Shown here: piece after piece, positions 1-9,833 of the stretch
How positions within the stretch are numbered: position 1 is the first letter of the stretch
How the letters are laid out: every line of letters begins with the position of its first letter
The notes under the pieces: model-generated
What the model was told of the DNA's origin: nothing
Databases searched by the model: none
What the model saw: only the letters and a program-made list of their open reading frames with translations
Position numbers and translations under genes: made by a program
Assembly: GCA_017935245.1 (NCBI GenBank)
Contig: JAGBHZ010000011.1
Span: 17,919-81,918 of the forward strand
Length of the DNA: 64,000 nt
Direction of reading: 5' to 3'
Origin: Alphaproteobacteria bacterium
GTDB taxonomy: Bacteria; Pseudomonadota; Alphaproteobacteria; Rs-D84

Positions 1-2459
1 TTATCCAGACCCGACTGAATTTTATTTTGCACCGGACCCATGGTTGATTTACCAATATTGATGTCAATTTCGGTTAAACGATTTTTAGATTTACGACGAA
101 TATCGGGGGTGGCGGCGGTACTTTCCACGCGTCCCAATTCAGATAATGGAACCATACCCTTTTGCGAATTTACATATACATTTTCAAATAATGCAGATGT
201 TTTAAACGCTTCGTCAAATTCCAAAACAATTGGGTATTCTTCGCCACCTTCTTTGTATTTGTAATCGTCATTTCCAAACAGTGCCGTACGCAATGTCGTA
301 CCCGCATATGAATTTTGCACACCCCAGAAATTCATTTTATCTTCGTCTGGGATAAAGCGATATTCATTTGCCGGCGTTTGCTGGGCACGGACGGCCGATT
401 GAACCTCTGGTATCTGGTTAACCATGTCAATAATTTGCGCCGCATACGATTCACGCAATGCGTCATCGGGACCAAATACGTTCAAAACCAAGTCTGATGA
501 TACACCGGCCGATGTTGATTGACCGGCACGAATCTGAATTTCTGCATCGGGGATATCAGAAATTTCTGGCAACATTGCCTGGGCTAATTCTTTGTCCGAC
601 AATGCGCGTTCAGATGCATCGACCAATTCAACCTTGACCGAAATGTTTTGCAGACCGCGTTCACCAATTTTTACAGATAACGATTTTACTTCGTCAAATT
701 TTTGCAAGCGCTGTTCAATCTGGGCGGCAATCGATTCAGATTTTTCATATGTCGCCCCCATTGGTGCACGCGCAGTAATTGTAATTTCGTCTGCGTCGGT
801 TGATGGCGAAAATTCGTTTCCAACAAATTTCATCAGCATCAATGAACCAATCAACAACGCAATTGCCAACAATAATACGCGACCTGGATTTTTATACTGA
901 AAATCATACCATTTGCGCAAGCCTGGTTGTTCGTCTGATTTTGCAATTTTCTTGGGTTCTGATTTCTTGGCAATCTTTTTATTTCCCGTCAAACGCAGGA
1001 ATTTCGCAATCATCATTGGTGTTAACGTGAACGAGAACATCAATGACAAAACTGTTAAATATACAACTGTCATACCAAACTGGTTCATGAACAGGCCGGC
1101 AATACCACTCATAAACGCCAGGGGCAAGAACACAACAACGTTTGTACCAACACCCGCCAGAACGGAAACCGCAACCTTTTTCGTACCGTCAATGGCCGCA
1201 TCTTCGGGGGATTTGCCGTTGTACATTTCGGTCAGGGCCGCTTCAATCAAAATAATCGCGTTTGACACCAATGTCCCCAGGGCCGTTGAATACGCCAGCA
1301 ATGTCATCGCATTTACAGTAAAGCCAGATCCATCCATAAAGAAAAATCCTGCCAACAATGACGCCGGAATAACAACACCCGCAATAACCGTTGAACGCCA
1401 ATTACGTGTGAACGCCAACAATACCAATACCGTCAAAATAACACCCAATACAATTGAATTAATTGTGTCATTGGTATCTTCGGAAACGGCCGTTGATGAA
1501 TCAAACACTATCTGCATTTCGGCATTTGGAAAATGTGATTTCAGGTCGGCCTGGTATTCGGGCATACGTTCACGCAATTGTTGCGATATTTTAATCGCGT
1601 TACCGTCGGATGCCTTGACCACAGATGCAATAACGACGTTTTGTCCGTTGTAACGCGCACCTGTTTCAATTTCACGCGCGGCATCTGTTACCGTTGCAAT
1701 ATCAGATAATTTGAAATTGTATCCTTCGACCGTGGTCAGACGCAGGTTTTCAATTTCTGAAACCGATGCAAATTCACCAACAAAACGAACGTTTGATGAA
1801 TTTGTACCGGCTTCGATTTTTCCGCCCGGCACGTTCAGGTTCCGGTTACCCAATGCCGCCACAACGTCCATAACCGTTACACCACGTGCCGCCATTAAAT
1901 CTGGATTCATTGCAATACGCACCGCACGTTCGGTACCACCAAAAATAGATACCGATGCAACACCCGGCAAACCCGTTATTTTATTTGATAAAATATTATC
2001 AACATATTCTTCAAGATCACGGGAATCTGCACCACGCAAAACAATATCAACAACGGCTTCTTGTAATGGGTTTAATTTTTCAACAACAGGCTGTTCCATA
2101 TCAGATGGAAATTCCGACAACAATGCATCCAGTTTTGTTTTAATTTCTGACGCCTTGTCATTAACATTTACCCCCAGATGGAATTCGGCCAAGACCATAC
2201 CACTGTTTTCATATCCATATGATGTTAATGATTTTAATTCGGAAACTTCGGATATTGCATCTTCGGCACGTTTTAAAATCTGGGATTCCATTTCGGCCGG
2301 TGCCGCCCCAGGATAAATAAAGGTCGATGTTACAATCGGGAAATCAATGGCCGGTGTGCGTTCAATATTCATCTTGGGGAACGATACCAGACCCAATACC
2401 ACCCAAAACAAAACAAACATTAATGTTGTAACAGGACGACGTACGAAAAATTTTAACAT
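1..2459 (-). CDS. RND (AcrB/HAE1-type) efflux permease; C-terminal part runs off the window
   Basis: Absent from the ORF track because it has no stop in the window. My minus-strand translation from the ATG at 2459 reads MLKFFVRRPVTTLMFVLFWVVLGLVSFPKMNIERTPAIDFPIVTSTFIYPGAAPAEMESQILKRAEDAISE..., a canonical RND pump N-terminus. The plus-strand ORFs at 592-2316 are antisense artefacts. Confidence 0.85.
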   Translation of the reverse strand, partial: MLKFFVRRPVTTLMFVLFWVVLGLVSFPKMNIERTPAIDFPIVTSTFIYPGAAPAEMESQILKRAEDAISEVSELKSLTSYGYENSGMVLAEFHLGVNVNDKASEIKTKLDALLSEFPSDMEQPVVEKLNPLQEAVVDIVLRGADSRDLEEYVDNILSNKITGLPGVASVSIFGGTERAVRIAMNPDLMAARGVTVMDVVAALGNRNLNVPGGKIEAGTNSSNVRFVGEFASVSEIENLRLTTVEGYNFKLSDIATVTDAAREIETGARYNGQNVVIASVVKASDGNAIKISQQLRERMPEYQADLKSHFPNAEMQIVFDSSTAVSEDTNDTINSIVLGVILTVLVLLAFTRNWRSTVIAGVVIPASLLAGFFFMDGSGFTVNAMTLLAYSTALGTLVSNAIILIEAALTEMYNGKSPEDAAIDGTKKVAVSVLAGVGTNVVVFLPLAFMSGIAGLFMNQFGMTVVYLTVLSLMFSFTLTPMMIAKFLRLTGNKKIAKKSEPKKIAKSDEQPGLRKWYDFQYKNPGRVLLLAIALLIGSLMLMKFVGNEFSPSTDADEITITARAPMGATYEKSESIAAQIEQRLQKFDEVKSLSVKIGERGLQNISVKVELVDASERALSDKELAQAMLPEISDIPDAEIQIRAGQSTSAGVSSDLVLNVFGPDDALRESYAAQIIDMVNQIPEVQSAVRAQQTPANEYRFIPDEDKMNFWGVQNSYAGTTLRTALFGNDDYKYKEGGEEYPIVLEFDEAFKTSALFENVYVNSQKGMVPLSELGRVESTAATPDIRRKSKNRLTEIDINIGKSTMGPVQNKIQSGLD

Positions 2460-2477
2460 ATCAACACCCCTTAAATT

Positions 2478-3080
2478 TTATTTCTTGATAACTTTTACCT
2501 TGGTTCCGGCGGGGACACTGGACAATATAACGCGATCACCATCATTCAGGCCAGAATCAATGTATGCATGTGTGGCATCTTGGGCGGCAATATTAACATT
2601 TCTGATTGATGCAACACCATCTTCGACAACCATAACAGAATTATTTTCAATCGCATGAACAGGCACATAAAAACCAACACCTGAAATTTCTGCAAACTGT
2701 AACCCATCCGATACACCCGATGTTTTTACAACATGCATTCCCGTGTCATAGTCAATCTTTTTCGATACAGATACAATTTTTCCATTTCCAATTTTTTGGC
2801 CAGAACGCAATTTATCAACACGCGCACCCGACACCAACGCACGATTATTTTTAACCGCAATTGGTTCACGAAGGATACCATTTGTACGTGTAACCGTTAC
2901 AATTTCAACTGGTGCACCTTGGTCGGCGGCAACACGCGCGGCATTAAATACATGGCGCGAATTTTCAGACGCAACCGCCGCAAAGCGAAATACAACCCAT
3001 CCCGCTAAAACAGCAATTAAAAGAATCGCCAATAAACGTTTTGTTTTTGTCGTTTTTAAATTTTCTGCTATTTTTTCCAT
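2478..3080 (-). CDS. Efflux periplasmic adaptor (membrane fusion protein), unusually short at 200 aa
   Basis: N-terminal TM anchor LLAILLIAVLAGWVVF followed by a beta-rich domain. Lies between the TolC-like and RND genes with 2-nt and 18-nt gaps. Confidence 0.6.
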   Translation of the reverse strand: MEKIAENLKTTKTKRLLAILLIAVLAGWVVFRFAAVASENSRHVFNAARVAADQGAPVEIVTVTRTNGILREPIAVKNNRALVSGARVDKLRSGQKIGNGKIVSVSKKIDYDTGMHVVKTSGVSDGLQFAEISGVGFYVPVHAIENNSVMVVEDGVASIRNVNIAAQDATHAYIDSGLNDGDRVILSSVPAGTKVKVIKK

Positions 3081-3082
3081 TT

Positions 3083-4408
3083 TTATTCACCCAATTTTTT
3101 TACAGATTGTTCAGACATCAAAATATTATATTTCATATTCAGCAACGCCATATCCAATTGATACAGGCCCGCCGCAGCATCTGCCAATTCAATGGCCGAT
3201 GTTTGTCCCGCACCAAAACGGTCTTGGGAAAACTGGTACGCTTTGGCAGCCAAATCACGCGCTTCTTTTAATTTTGCCAAATTACCACGCAAATGATTAT
3301 ATTGCTTAATCGCGTTGTCATATTGTTCAGATGTTAATTTTTTCGCCTGGGCCAGGTCTTGGCGGGCCACTTCGGCGTTCATCGCTTCGATTGTGGCATT
3401 GGCACGGTTCAGACCACCAGAAAAAATTGGCACCTGAAGTGCAAGGCCAACCGTCGCAGATTGCGAACCCGACGCGTCAAACATGGAATCCATTTCTGTT
3501 GACATGCCATAGTAACTGTACCCGGCGGTTGCAGCCAATGTTGGATATGCGCCGGCACGCTGGGAACGCGCATTGCGTTCATACATTTCAATCTGTTCTG
3601 ATAAAATATCCCATTGGGGGGTGCTTGTCAGTTTTTTTGGCGCGGATAATTCACCAAATGATGTTGGAAACGAATCCGTCAACACCAATTCTTCATCCAG
3701 ATTAATGCCGGCCATAATTTTTAACATACGATGCGCTGTATCGCGGTTAAACTTCGCATCCGACAGATTAATTTCTTTGGATGCAATATCGGATTCTATT
3801 TTGACCAAATTGCTGCGGTTGGCACGACCGGCCGCGGTTAAGCGACGACGGGCCGCACGCGCGTTATTCAAATCAGATTCCGACAAACGAACAATTTCAT
3901 CCGTCATTTTTGCCGTCCAGTACAGGTTGGCAGCGGCATAGGCAACCTCGCGCTTGGTTAATTCATACGATGCATCTGCCATTTTAATTGCAGATTTAAC
4001 CGATTTTACCGCGTTACCAATTTTGCCAAATGTATATATTGGTTGTGTGATATTAACACTGGCGGTGAACATATTGTCCGGTATTTCAAAGGCAATACCA
4101 TCTTTGAATTTATCACTTATTTCACCCAATATTTCGCCCGGAATTTCAATCATACGGGCCTGGGACGGATTTTCAACATTAATCATATTTGTATATGCGG
4201 CCGTACCTTCGATTTTAAACCAACGATTTGCGTTAACCGCATCCAGGGATGCTTCGGCCTTTTCCAGGTTGGCAACAGCCTTTTTCAAATCGTGCGATTC
4301 ATTTGTAACCCGTGTAACCGCATCGGACAATGATAAATCCATTGCATATGCCGGCGCAGACAACAAACCAAAAAACGCCAACAAAGATACCAGTCGTGTT
4401 TTATGCAT
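3083..4408 (-). CDS. TolC-family outer membrane efflux protein
   Basis: 441 aa with signal peptide MHKTRLVSLLAFFGLLSAPAYA and long helical repeats typical of outer membrane factor proteins. First structural gene after marR. Confidence 0.8.
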   Translation of the reverse strand: MHKTRLVSLLAFFGLLSAPAYAMDLSLSDAVTRVTNESHDLKKAVANLEKAEASLDAVNANRWFKIEGTAAYTNMINVENPSQARMIEIPGEILGEISDKFKDGIAFEIPDNMFTASVNITQPIYTFGKIGNAVKSVKSAIKMADASYELTKREVAYAAANLYWTAKMTDEIVRLSESDLNNARAARRRLTAAGRANRSNLVKIESDIASKEINLSDAKFNRDTAHRMLKIMAGINLDEELVLTDSFPTSFGELSAPKKLTSTPQWDILSEQIEMYERNARSQRAGAYPTLAATAGYSYYGMSTEMDSMFDASGSQSATVGLALQVPIFSGGLNRANATIEAMNAEVARQDLAQAKKLTSEQYDNAIKQYNHLRGNLAKLKEARDLAAKAYQFSQDRFGAGQTSAIELADAAAGLYQLDMALLNMKYNILMSEQSVKKLGE

Positions 4409-4412
4409 GATA

Positions 4413-4853
4413 TTATTGCTCCATCTTTGATAAAATTTTATTCATTGTTTTAAGGGCCGCGGTTAACTCTGCCTCGTCCTGGGCGGAAATATTGGCAAAC
4501 ATTTGTTCCACACCGTTACGAAATGTTTCCAATGCATCACGCGCCAATTGCGCACCACGATCGGTTACCGAATACCATGTATTACGACGATCGTGTTCAT
4601 CAACCACACGCAAGACCAGACCATCGGCCTCTAACTTTCTAAAAACAGCACACAAATTTGGCGCAGACACAAATTCACGACGCGCAATGTCTTTTAACAT
4701 CGCACGACCACCCTGGTGCAGGCGAACCAAAATCGACATCTGTTGACGCGGAAAACCAGATAATTGGGCCTGGTCTATGCGTAATTTATCCGCATATTTA
4801 TCAAGCATCCAGATATTAGATTCCATAAGACGAACAAATTCCTTGCGTGCCAT
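4413..4853 (-). CDS. MarR-family transcriptional regulator
   Basis: 146 aa with a winged-helix core, MSILVRLHQGGRAMLKDIARREFVSAPNLCAVFRKLEADGLVLRVVDEHDRRNTWYSVTDRG. Heads the efflux operon. Confidence 0.85.
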   Translation of the reverse strand: MARKEFVRLMESNIWMLDKYADKLRIDQAQLSGFPRQQMSILVRLHQGGRAMLKDIARREFVSAPNLCAVFRKLEADGLVLRVVDEHDRRNTWYSVTDRGAQLARDALETFRNGVEQMFANISAQDEAELTAALKTMNKILSKMEQ

Positions 4854-4972
4854 TTTATTTTCCTTTATAATGTTTTGGACTTACGATTTGTTAAAAATCT
4901 TAATTATTATATGTTTTAACGATTTTATTTCAAGTACTTTTTTCAAAAAAGTTTTTATTTTTGTGTATCTTG

Positions 4973-5000
4973 TTGACAAATTATTGTTTTGTGATATATT
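4973..5000 (+). promoter_or_regulatory. Sigma70-type promoter: TTGACA, 16-nt spacer, TGaTATATT (extended -10)
   Basis: TTGACA at 4973-4978 and TATATT at 4995-5000 preceded by TG. The ATG at 5011 is only 10 nt past the -10 box, so the mRNA would be leaderless or nearly so. Confidence 0.5.
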
Positions 5001-5010
5001 TTACCCTGTT

Positions 5011-6345
5011 ATGACAGACTTTGTATTAAAAGACGAAATTTTCTTTCATGGTACACGGGCGCGTTTTGAACGGTTTCGCCCGTTGTCGCACTTTGGCTCG
5101 TGGGAAGCCGCCACAGACATCCTGGCCAGTTCAAGCACAATAAAAAAAGAAAAACTGGATGGATTAACCGAAATAAAAAACCCAAACAAAACACCCAAAA
5201 CAATCATCCCCGACAGTATTATTATTTCGGCAAAACTAAATATTCATAACACGTATGAAATCCAAGATTTTGCATCATGTCATGACCTGAAATCATACAA
5301 TGGGTTTGTATTACGTCATATCGCGCACGATCTAAAAATTAATGGAACGCCAAAATTTTTTGACTATATTTTTTCAGAACCGTTTAAAATGCCTTACCAA
5401 GACGTTCAAAACAATTTGCGCAATGAAAATCTCTATACGCCAGAATTCGAAGAAATAGACCGATATCATTTATCGTTCCAGCGTGTAATTCAATACTTTG
5501 AATCATTGGGATATGACGGATTTCACTACGTCAATCAATACGAAGATCGTGGACATATTTCATACATTGTATTTCGACCAGAAAATATTATTCGCACAGA
5601 TATTAAGACAGAACACTTCACACAAAAACCACAATCGACATTTGTCCCGGAATTAATACCAATTAGAAAACAAACAAGTGAAGAAATCGTCCGACTGCAT
5701 TGTGAAAACATAAACCATGACGATTTGTTTGAACAAAAGGTTAATCGGATAAAAAGCCAAATCCCACCCGAACATGCAGACAAGATTAAGGCACACTATG
5801 CCAAAATATTCTATAATGACATATGGCCAAAATTAAAACGCGTTTCCAGACAATCTATTGACGCCCACGGTTTGACACACACCGAACAAACCGTATTACA
5901 CGGCATTGATATTGCAATTGTGTGCGCACATGATCCGTTACCGGTAATATTGGCGTGCGTGTTACATGACACCTTTTGGACCGACAACAAAAAAAACGCC
6001 ATACCATTTGCAAAAAAATTTATTAGTGAAAACTATCCACGATTACACCGCAACACGGTCGAAGAAATCATTGGTGCAATCAGACATATTGACGACAATG
6101 AAATTGCAAGACATGATTTAACCGCGGCATGCATGTGGGACGCAAAACGAGTTCACATGGCATGGAACGGACAATACAAAATGGTTAAATTATATTGTTC
6201 GACATCGGTTGGACGCCAAATGGCAGAACTGGGGGCAGATGCCCAGGCGCAATATATTCAAATCCAAGATGAATTTTTGGTCCGCCACGGATTAAAGTTT
6301 CCAAAACAAATCACCACACACACAATGAACCAGAAATATCGATAG
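5011..6345 (+). CDS. Hypothetical two-domain protein: N-terminal ART-like (ADP-ribosyltransferase-fold?) region plus C-terminal HD-domain phosphohydrolase-like region
   Basis: I chose the start at MTDFVLKDE (5011) because the upstream part of the 522-aa track ORF overlaps marR and the promoter. N-terminal motifs: FFHGTRARF, SHFGSWEAA, GYDGFHYVNQYEDRGHISYIVFRPENI. C-terminal motifs: GLTHTEQTVLHGIDIAIV ... PVILACVLHDTFW (H...HD). Confidence 0.6.
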   Translation: MTDFVLKDEIFFHGTRARFERFRPLSHFGSWEAATDILASSSTIKKEKLDGLTEIKNPNKTPKTIIPDSIIISAKLNIHNTYEIQDFASCHDLKSYNGFVLRHIAHDLKINGTPKFFDYIFSEPFKMPYQDVQNNLRNENLYTPEFEEIDRYHLSFQRVIQYFESLGYDGFHYVNQYEDRGHISYIVFRPENIIRTDIKTEHFTQKPQSTFVPELIPIRKQTSEEIVRLHCENINHDDLFEQKVNRIKSQIPPEHADKIKAHYAKIFYNDIWPKLKRVSRQSIDAHGLTHTEQTVLHGIDIAIVCAHDPLPVILACVLHDTFWTDNKKNAIPFAKKFISENYPRLHRNTVEEIIGAIRHIDDNEIARHDLTAACMWDAKRVHMAWNGQYKMVKLYCSTSVGRQMAELGADAQAQYIQIQDEFLVRHGLKFPKQITTHTMNQKYR

Positions 6346-6400
6346 AATTAATTTTATTCCTTGCAAAAAGTATAAAGATAGATATAATTCATGTCGCAAT

Positions 6401-6474
6401 TGGGGTGTCGTCTAATGGTAGGACAAGAGATTTTGGTTCTCTTTATCATGGTTCGAATCCGTGCGCCCCAACCA
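6401..6474 (+). tRNA. tRNA-Gln (anticodon UUG)
   Basis: Cloverleaf folded by hand. Acceptor TGGGGTG/CGCCCCA with U1:A72, anticodon arm AGAGA-TTTTGGT-TCTCT, T arm ATGGTTCGAATCCGT, encoded CCA. Confidence 0.85.
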
Positions 6475-6486
6475 ATATTCAAACGC
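6461..6486 (+). repeat. Direct repeat copy 1 (tRNA-Gln 3' end plus 12 nt): GTGCGCCCCAACCAATATTCAAACGC
   Basis: Identical 26-mer recurs at 6634-6659. Confidence 0.9.
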
Positions 6487-6633
6487 ACCCTTGTGGTGCG
6501 TTTTAATATTGTGTGGAGCCACAGTTCGTAATCTGCAACGCCAGTTGCCGGTTCGACAATGAGTAGATTTGATAAGCAAAGCGCAATCAAATCGTCAGGA
6601 ATGCCCCGCAGGCATTTATGCCGAGGGAATTGA

Positions 6634-6659
6634 GTGCGCCCCAACCAATATTCAAACGC
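6634..6659 (+). repeat. Direct repeat copy 2 (att-like duplicate of the tRNA-Gln 3' end)
   Basis: Identical 26-mer to 6461-6486. Each copy is followed by its own terminator-like hairpin. Confidence 0.9.
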
Positions 6660-6681
6660 CCGATTGGGCGTTTTTTACGAT

Positions 6682-7017
6682 TTAACGACTAAGTTCTTCG
6701 AGTGTATTTAGCATCGCATCAATTGCATCGGTGGCATGTTTAATGCCTTCTTGGACCGTCTGGTTCATGGTGCCGGTTACCAACATTAAATTGCGCTGCT
6801 GTTCCAGGGCGGTTGTGGGCGTTTCAAATACCGCAGAATCTAATAATTTTGATTGCCCTTCTATCATTTGGGTTACCAGTGTTACACCCTGGGTAAATGC
6901 GGCCGTTTTCTGGGCACCCTTGGCACGAGAAACAATGCGATTCAATCTGGTGGCACGTTTTTTTAGTTCAGCCTGGGCAATGTTAACACGTTCGTTCACA
7001 ATATCTGCCATTTTCAA
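6682..7017 (-). CDS. Hypothetical all-helical protein, 111 aa
   Basis: Clean ORF. The antisense ORF 6731-7033 looks like an artefact. No family recognised. Confidence 0.5.
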   Translation of the reverse strand: MKMADIVNERVNIAQAELKKRATRLNRIVSRAKGAQKTAAFTQGVTLVTQMIEGQSKLLDSAVFETPTTALEQQRNLMLVTGTMNQTVQEGIKHATDAIDAMLNTLEELSR

Positions 7018-7048
7018 ACTCCTTTACCCATGATTATACCAAAAAACA

Positions 7049-7783
7049 TCACTTTTTTCCAGAATAAAACAGATGGGAATATTCACGCATCACATCAACA
7101 ATCATTCCGCGAAATCCCATTTTATCCCAATGATGATCGGCAATATAAAGCCCCAGGTCAAATGTGGTGAATTTTGCCACTTCCCAATCTATAAAACCAA
7201 CAATGTCAAACGTTTCTGGATTAATGATAAAATTCGCGCCAATATCATTATGAAACCATCCGTGCATAAAGCCGGGTGCTTCATCGGGATTTGGTTTCAT
7301 GTCGCGAATCTCAATTGGGTCCGCGATTCCAATTTCGTATATAAATTTTGCAATTTGGCGTGCAATATGACGACGATGCGTTGCAACAATATGCGCCGGC
7401 AATTCATCCAATGTAACACCTGGGAAAAATTCATATTTGCGAATATAAAGACCGCGCCAATGAATTATTTCCATTTCCGGAATTCGAGTGGTTGTATATT
7501 TACGCAGGGCCGACGTTATTCTGAATTCACGCATTGCACGTTCATAGCCATTATTGCGTAACGGAAATTTAAACGCATATCGTGAATCAACCAACACAAT
7601 CAGGTTTCGACATCCACCACCAACACATGTTTTTATTTTGATATTCTGGCCGGCAAAATAATTGCGAACAAACTTTATAAACGGACGCGTGTCATATCGT
7701 ATGCGCGTACGAACCAAATCACGACGCGATTTACCCGGAATAAAACCACAGACAATATTAGATAACAAATGTCGAACGTTCAT
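7049..7783 (-). CDS. APH/choline-kinase-like phosphotransferase family protein (paralog A)
   Basis: Brenner-type motif FHNDIGANFII followed by GFIDWE. GGAG Shine-Dalgarno 6 nt upstream of the ATG at 7783. Shares IGIADPIEIRDMKPNPD with the paralog at 8037-8765. Confidence 0.65.
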   Translation of the reverse strand: MNVRHLLSNIVCGFIPGKSRRDLVRTRIRYDTRPFIKFVRNYFAGQNIKIKTCVGGGCRNLIVLVDSRYAFKFPLRNNGYERAMREFRITSALRKYTTTRIPEMEIIHWRGLYIRKYEFFPGVTLDELPAHIVATHRRHIARQIAKFIYEIGIADPIEIRDMKPNPDEAPGFMHGWFHNDIGANFIINPETFDIVGFIDWEVAKFTTFDLGLYIADHHWDKMGFRGMIVDVMREYSHLFYSGKK

Positions 7784-7884
7784 GATATCTCCAAACAAAA
7801 ACCTTAAGACTCGAACGACGCAAATGCTTGTTCTCGTCAACTGACGCCCCGAACCCTACGGCTTCAATTCCCGGGTCCTTGCAC

Positions 7885-7917
7885 AAATTTCATAAACACA
7901 CCGTGTTTATGAAATTT
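7885..7917. repeat. Perfect 15-bp-stem palindrome AAATTTCATAAACAC-acc-GTGTTTATGAAATTT abutting the tRNA-Glu 3' end
   Basis: Read directly. Its core ACACACCGTGT is shared with the hairpin at 8016-8032. Confidence 0.8.
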
Positions 7918-7991
7918 GGCAGCCCCAACGGGAATCGAACCCGTGTCGTCAGAATGAGAATCTGATGTCCTGACCGCTAGACGATGGGGCC
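7917..7991 (-). tRNA. tRNA-Glu (anticodon CUC)
   Basis: The reverse complement reads GGCCCCATCGTCTAGCGGTCAGGACATCAGATTCTCATTCTGACGACACGGGTTCGATTCCCGTTGGGGCTGCCA. Anticodon loop is TTCTCAT. Glu-type D arm. Confidence 0.85.
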
Positions 7992-8015
7992 ATGCATTTC
8001 GGTTAATTTGGATTT

Positions 8016-8032
8016 TATACACACCGTGTATA
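8016..8032. repeat. Hairpin TATACAC-acc-GTGTATA just downstream of the paralog B stop codon
   Basis: Same ACACACCGTGT core and ACC loop as 7885-7917. Confidence 0.7.
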
Positions 8033-8036
8033 GATT

Positions 8037-8765
8037 TCAATCTTTTTTATAAAACAATTTATCATATTCAATAACAACACGATCCATAAATTTACGTATG
8101 GTCGGTTCTTTGTCGCCCTTTAACTGGTGCGTAAAATCGCCAAACATACAATCTTCCCAATCGATTATCGCAACAACGCGGGCCGTGTCGGTATCTATTA
8201 AAAAATTATCGCATAAATCACCCTGGGTCCAACCGTAACAATATCCCGTCTTGGCATCGGGCGACGGTTTTAAATCGCGAATCTCAATCGGGTCGGCGAT
8301 GCCCATTTCGTACATAAAGCGCGCACATTGTGGCGCCAATTCATCTGTGTGCGCGGCAACCCATTCTGGGGTGCATTTGCGTAACTGGACCCCATGAATA
8401 TATTCATATTTACGCACCAAATGACCGTTATGCTTTAATATCGTTACCGGCGGCACATATATCGGTGATATTTTCCCCAGACAATTCACAACCCGATATT
8501 CACGCATTGTCAATTCATCAGAATTATCACGACGCAATGCAAATTTATAAATGTATTTGTCGTTTACACTGATTAACAAATTACTGGCCCGGTATCCAAC
8601 ATATGTACGAATGCGCCGCAGTGGCACACCCAAATCACGACGAATAAAGCGCAAATTTGACAGCATATCGGAATTTAGCACAACACGAATACGACGACGC
8701 GTTTCTTTGTCGCGAATTGTACTGCAAATAATATTATTAAAAAAACGTCTTACCGATCCAGCCAT
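8037..8765 (-). CDS. APH/choline-kinase-like phosphotransferase family protein (paralog B)
   Basis: GWTQGDLCDNFLID ... IIDWED and MGIADPIEIRDLKPSPD. I chose the start at MAGSVRRFF (8765) to avoid overlapping the upstream gene. Confidence 0.65.
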   Translation of the reverse strand: MAGSVRRFFNNIICSTIRDKETRRRIRVVLNSDMLSNLRFIRRDLGVPLRRIRTYVGYRASNLLISVNDKYIYKFALRRDNSDELTMREYRVVNCLGKISPIYVPPVTILKHNGHLVRKYEYIHGVQLRKCTPEWVAAHTDELAPQCARFMYEMGIADPIEIRDLKPSPDAKTGYCYGWTQGDLCDNFLIDTDTARVVAIIDWEDCMFGDFTHQLKGDKEPTIRKFMDRVVIEYDKLFYKKD

Positions 8766-8772
8766 AGTGTAA

Positions 8773-8801
8773 AATATAGACGCCCCAAACGGGGCGCGCA
8801 A
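8773..8801 (-). promoter_or_regulatory. Candidate promoter TTGCGC-17-TATATT, 7 nt upstream of the ATG at 8765 (leaderless-type)
   Basis: The -35 box and spacer overlap the terminator hairpin GCGCCCCgtttGGGGCG of the upstream gene. Confidence 0.35.
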
Positions 8802-8808
8802 TCTTTTT

Positions 8809-9516
8809 TTATAATTCAACCCGACCGTTGGTCGCAACCAAGTCGGCCATCATTTCAATTTTTCCGCCCGCTTCGCGGACCAATAAATCACCCGCCGCAA
8901 TTTCCGCAAAATCCAGCGCATCAGATACATATGCATCCAATTTACCCGCCGCAACCCATGCCAAATCCAATGCCGGGCATCCCGTACGCAACGTGTTCTC
9001 ACCAATAATTGGACGCGCATCAGATGTATTATACGCAATCGTTAGTTCATCGGTATCTTTCTGGTTCGAAACACGAATACGCGCCGAATGATATGCCGAA
9101 AATACGTATGCGCCATTACCACTTTCTGCATAATACAGACGTTCATCAATCGGCGAATACACCAATGCGATTTTTGTTTCATCATTTGAACGCAATGCCA
9201 ATGATATTGCAAAGTGCGGATTTCCACGGACAAAATTTGATGCCCCCGACAGCGCCAATACAAATTCATCGCGCCCGTCGCCCGCACGGGAAACTTCTGG
9301 GGTCAATAAGCCCGCCGATGGACGAACCAGTGTCAGGTCGGATAATATGCTTTCTTCGATGCGGGCAGACGCCTTGGCCACGAAATCACGCGCACCACGT
9401 AATGATTGTTGAAGGTTTTCAACCTCGCCAAAGTCGCGACGCAGGGACGCAGCCGTGCGTTGCAATGCCATAAACATCTTGTTTAATTCGGTTGAACCCT
9501 TAATCAACAATTCCAT
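8809..9516 (-). CDS. Inositol monophosphatase (SuhB/IMPase) family protein with degenerate catalytic motifs
   Basis: The C-terminal motif LDFAEIAAGDLLVREAGG matches the WDxAAGxxxxxEAGG signature. The DPxDGTxNF metal site reads ALSGASNF. Confidence 0.7.
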   Translation of the reverse strand: MELLIKGSTELNKMFMALQRTAASLRRDFGEVENLQQSLRGARDFVAKASARIEESILSDLTLVRPSAGLLTPEVSRAGDGRDEFVLALSGASNFVRGNPHFAISLALRSNDETKIALVYSPIDERLYYAESGNGAYVFSAYHSARIRVSNQKDTDELTIAYNTSDARPIIGENTLRTGCPALDLAWVAAGKLDAYVSDALDFAEIAAGDLLVREAGGKIEMMADLVATNGRVEL

Positions 9517-9546
9517 ATCCCGCCCCCATCAGAGAAATGAATTAGT

Positions 9547-9759
9547 TTAGAAGTTAAAGCCAGCAAATTTGCTTTTGAATTCGGCCGCACGCTGACCCTT
9601 GTCGCCGGCGTTTGAACGCTGACCCGTCCAGGCCGAGTGATTCAAATTGTCCGTGGACAATACCAAATCCTTCTTAACAGAAGAGTACATTTTTACCGTT
9701 TTACCATCCGTCATCGTAACGTTGATTTCATGGTATTCTGGATGAATTCCTTGTTTCAT
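9547..9759 (-). CDS. rpmE: 50S ribosomal protein L31 (non-zinc type)
   Basis: MKQGIHPEYHEINVTMTDGKTV ... HSAWTGQ. No CxxC motif. Confidence 0.9.
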   Translation of the reverse strand: MKQGIHPEYHEINVTMTDGKTVKMYSSVKKDLVLSTDNLNHSAWTGQRSNAGDKGQRAAEFKSKFAGFNF

Positions 9760-9833
9760 TGTATAACCCTTTTATAAAATTAAGCCCCGTAATTATATAA
9801 GTATTTTTCAGGAAATCAAGCAATATTAGCATT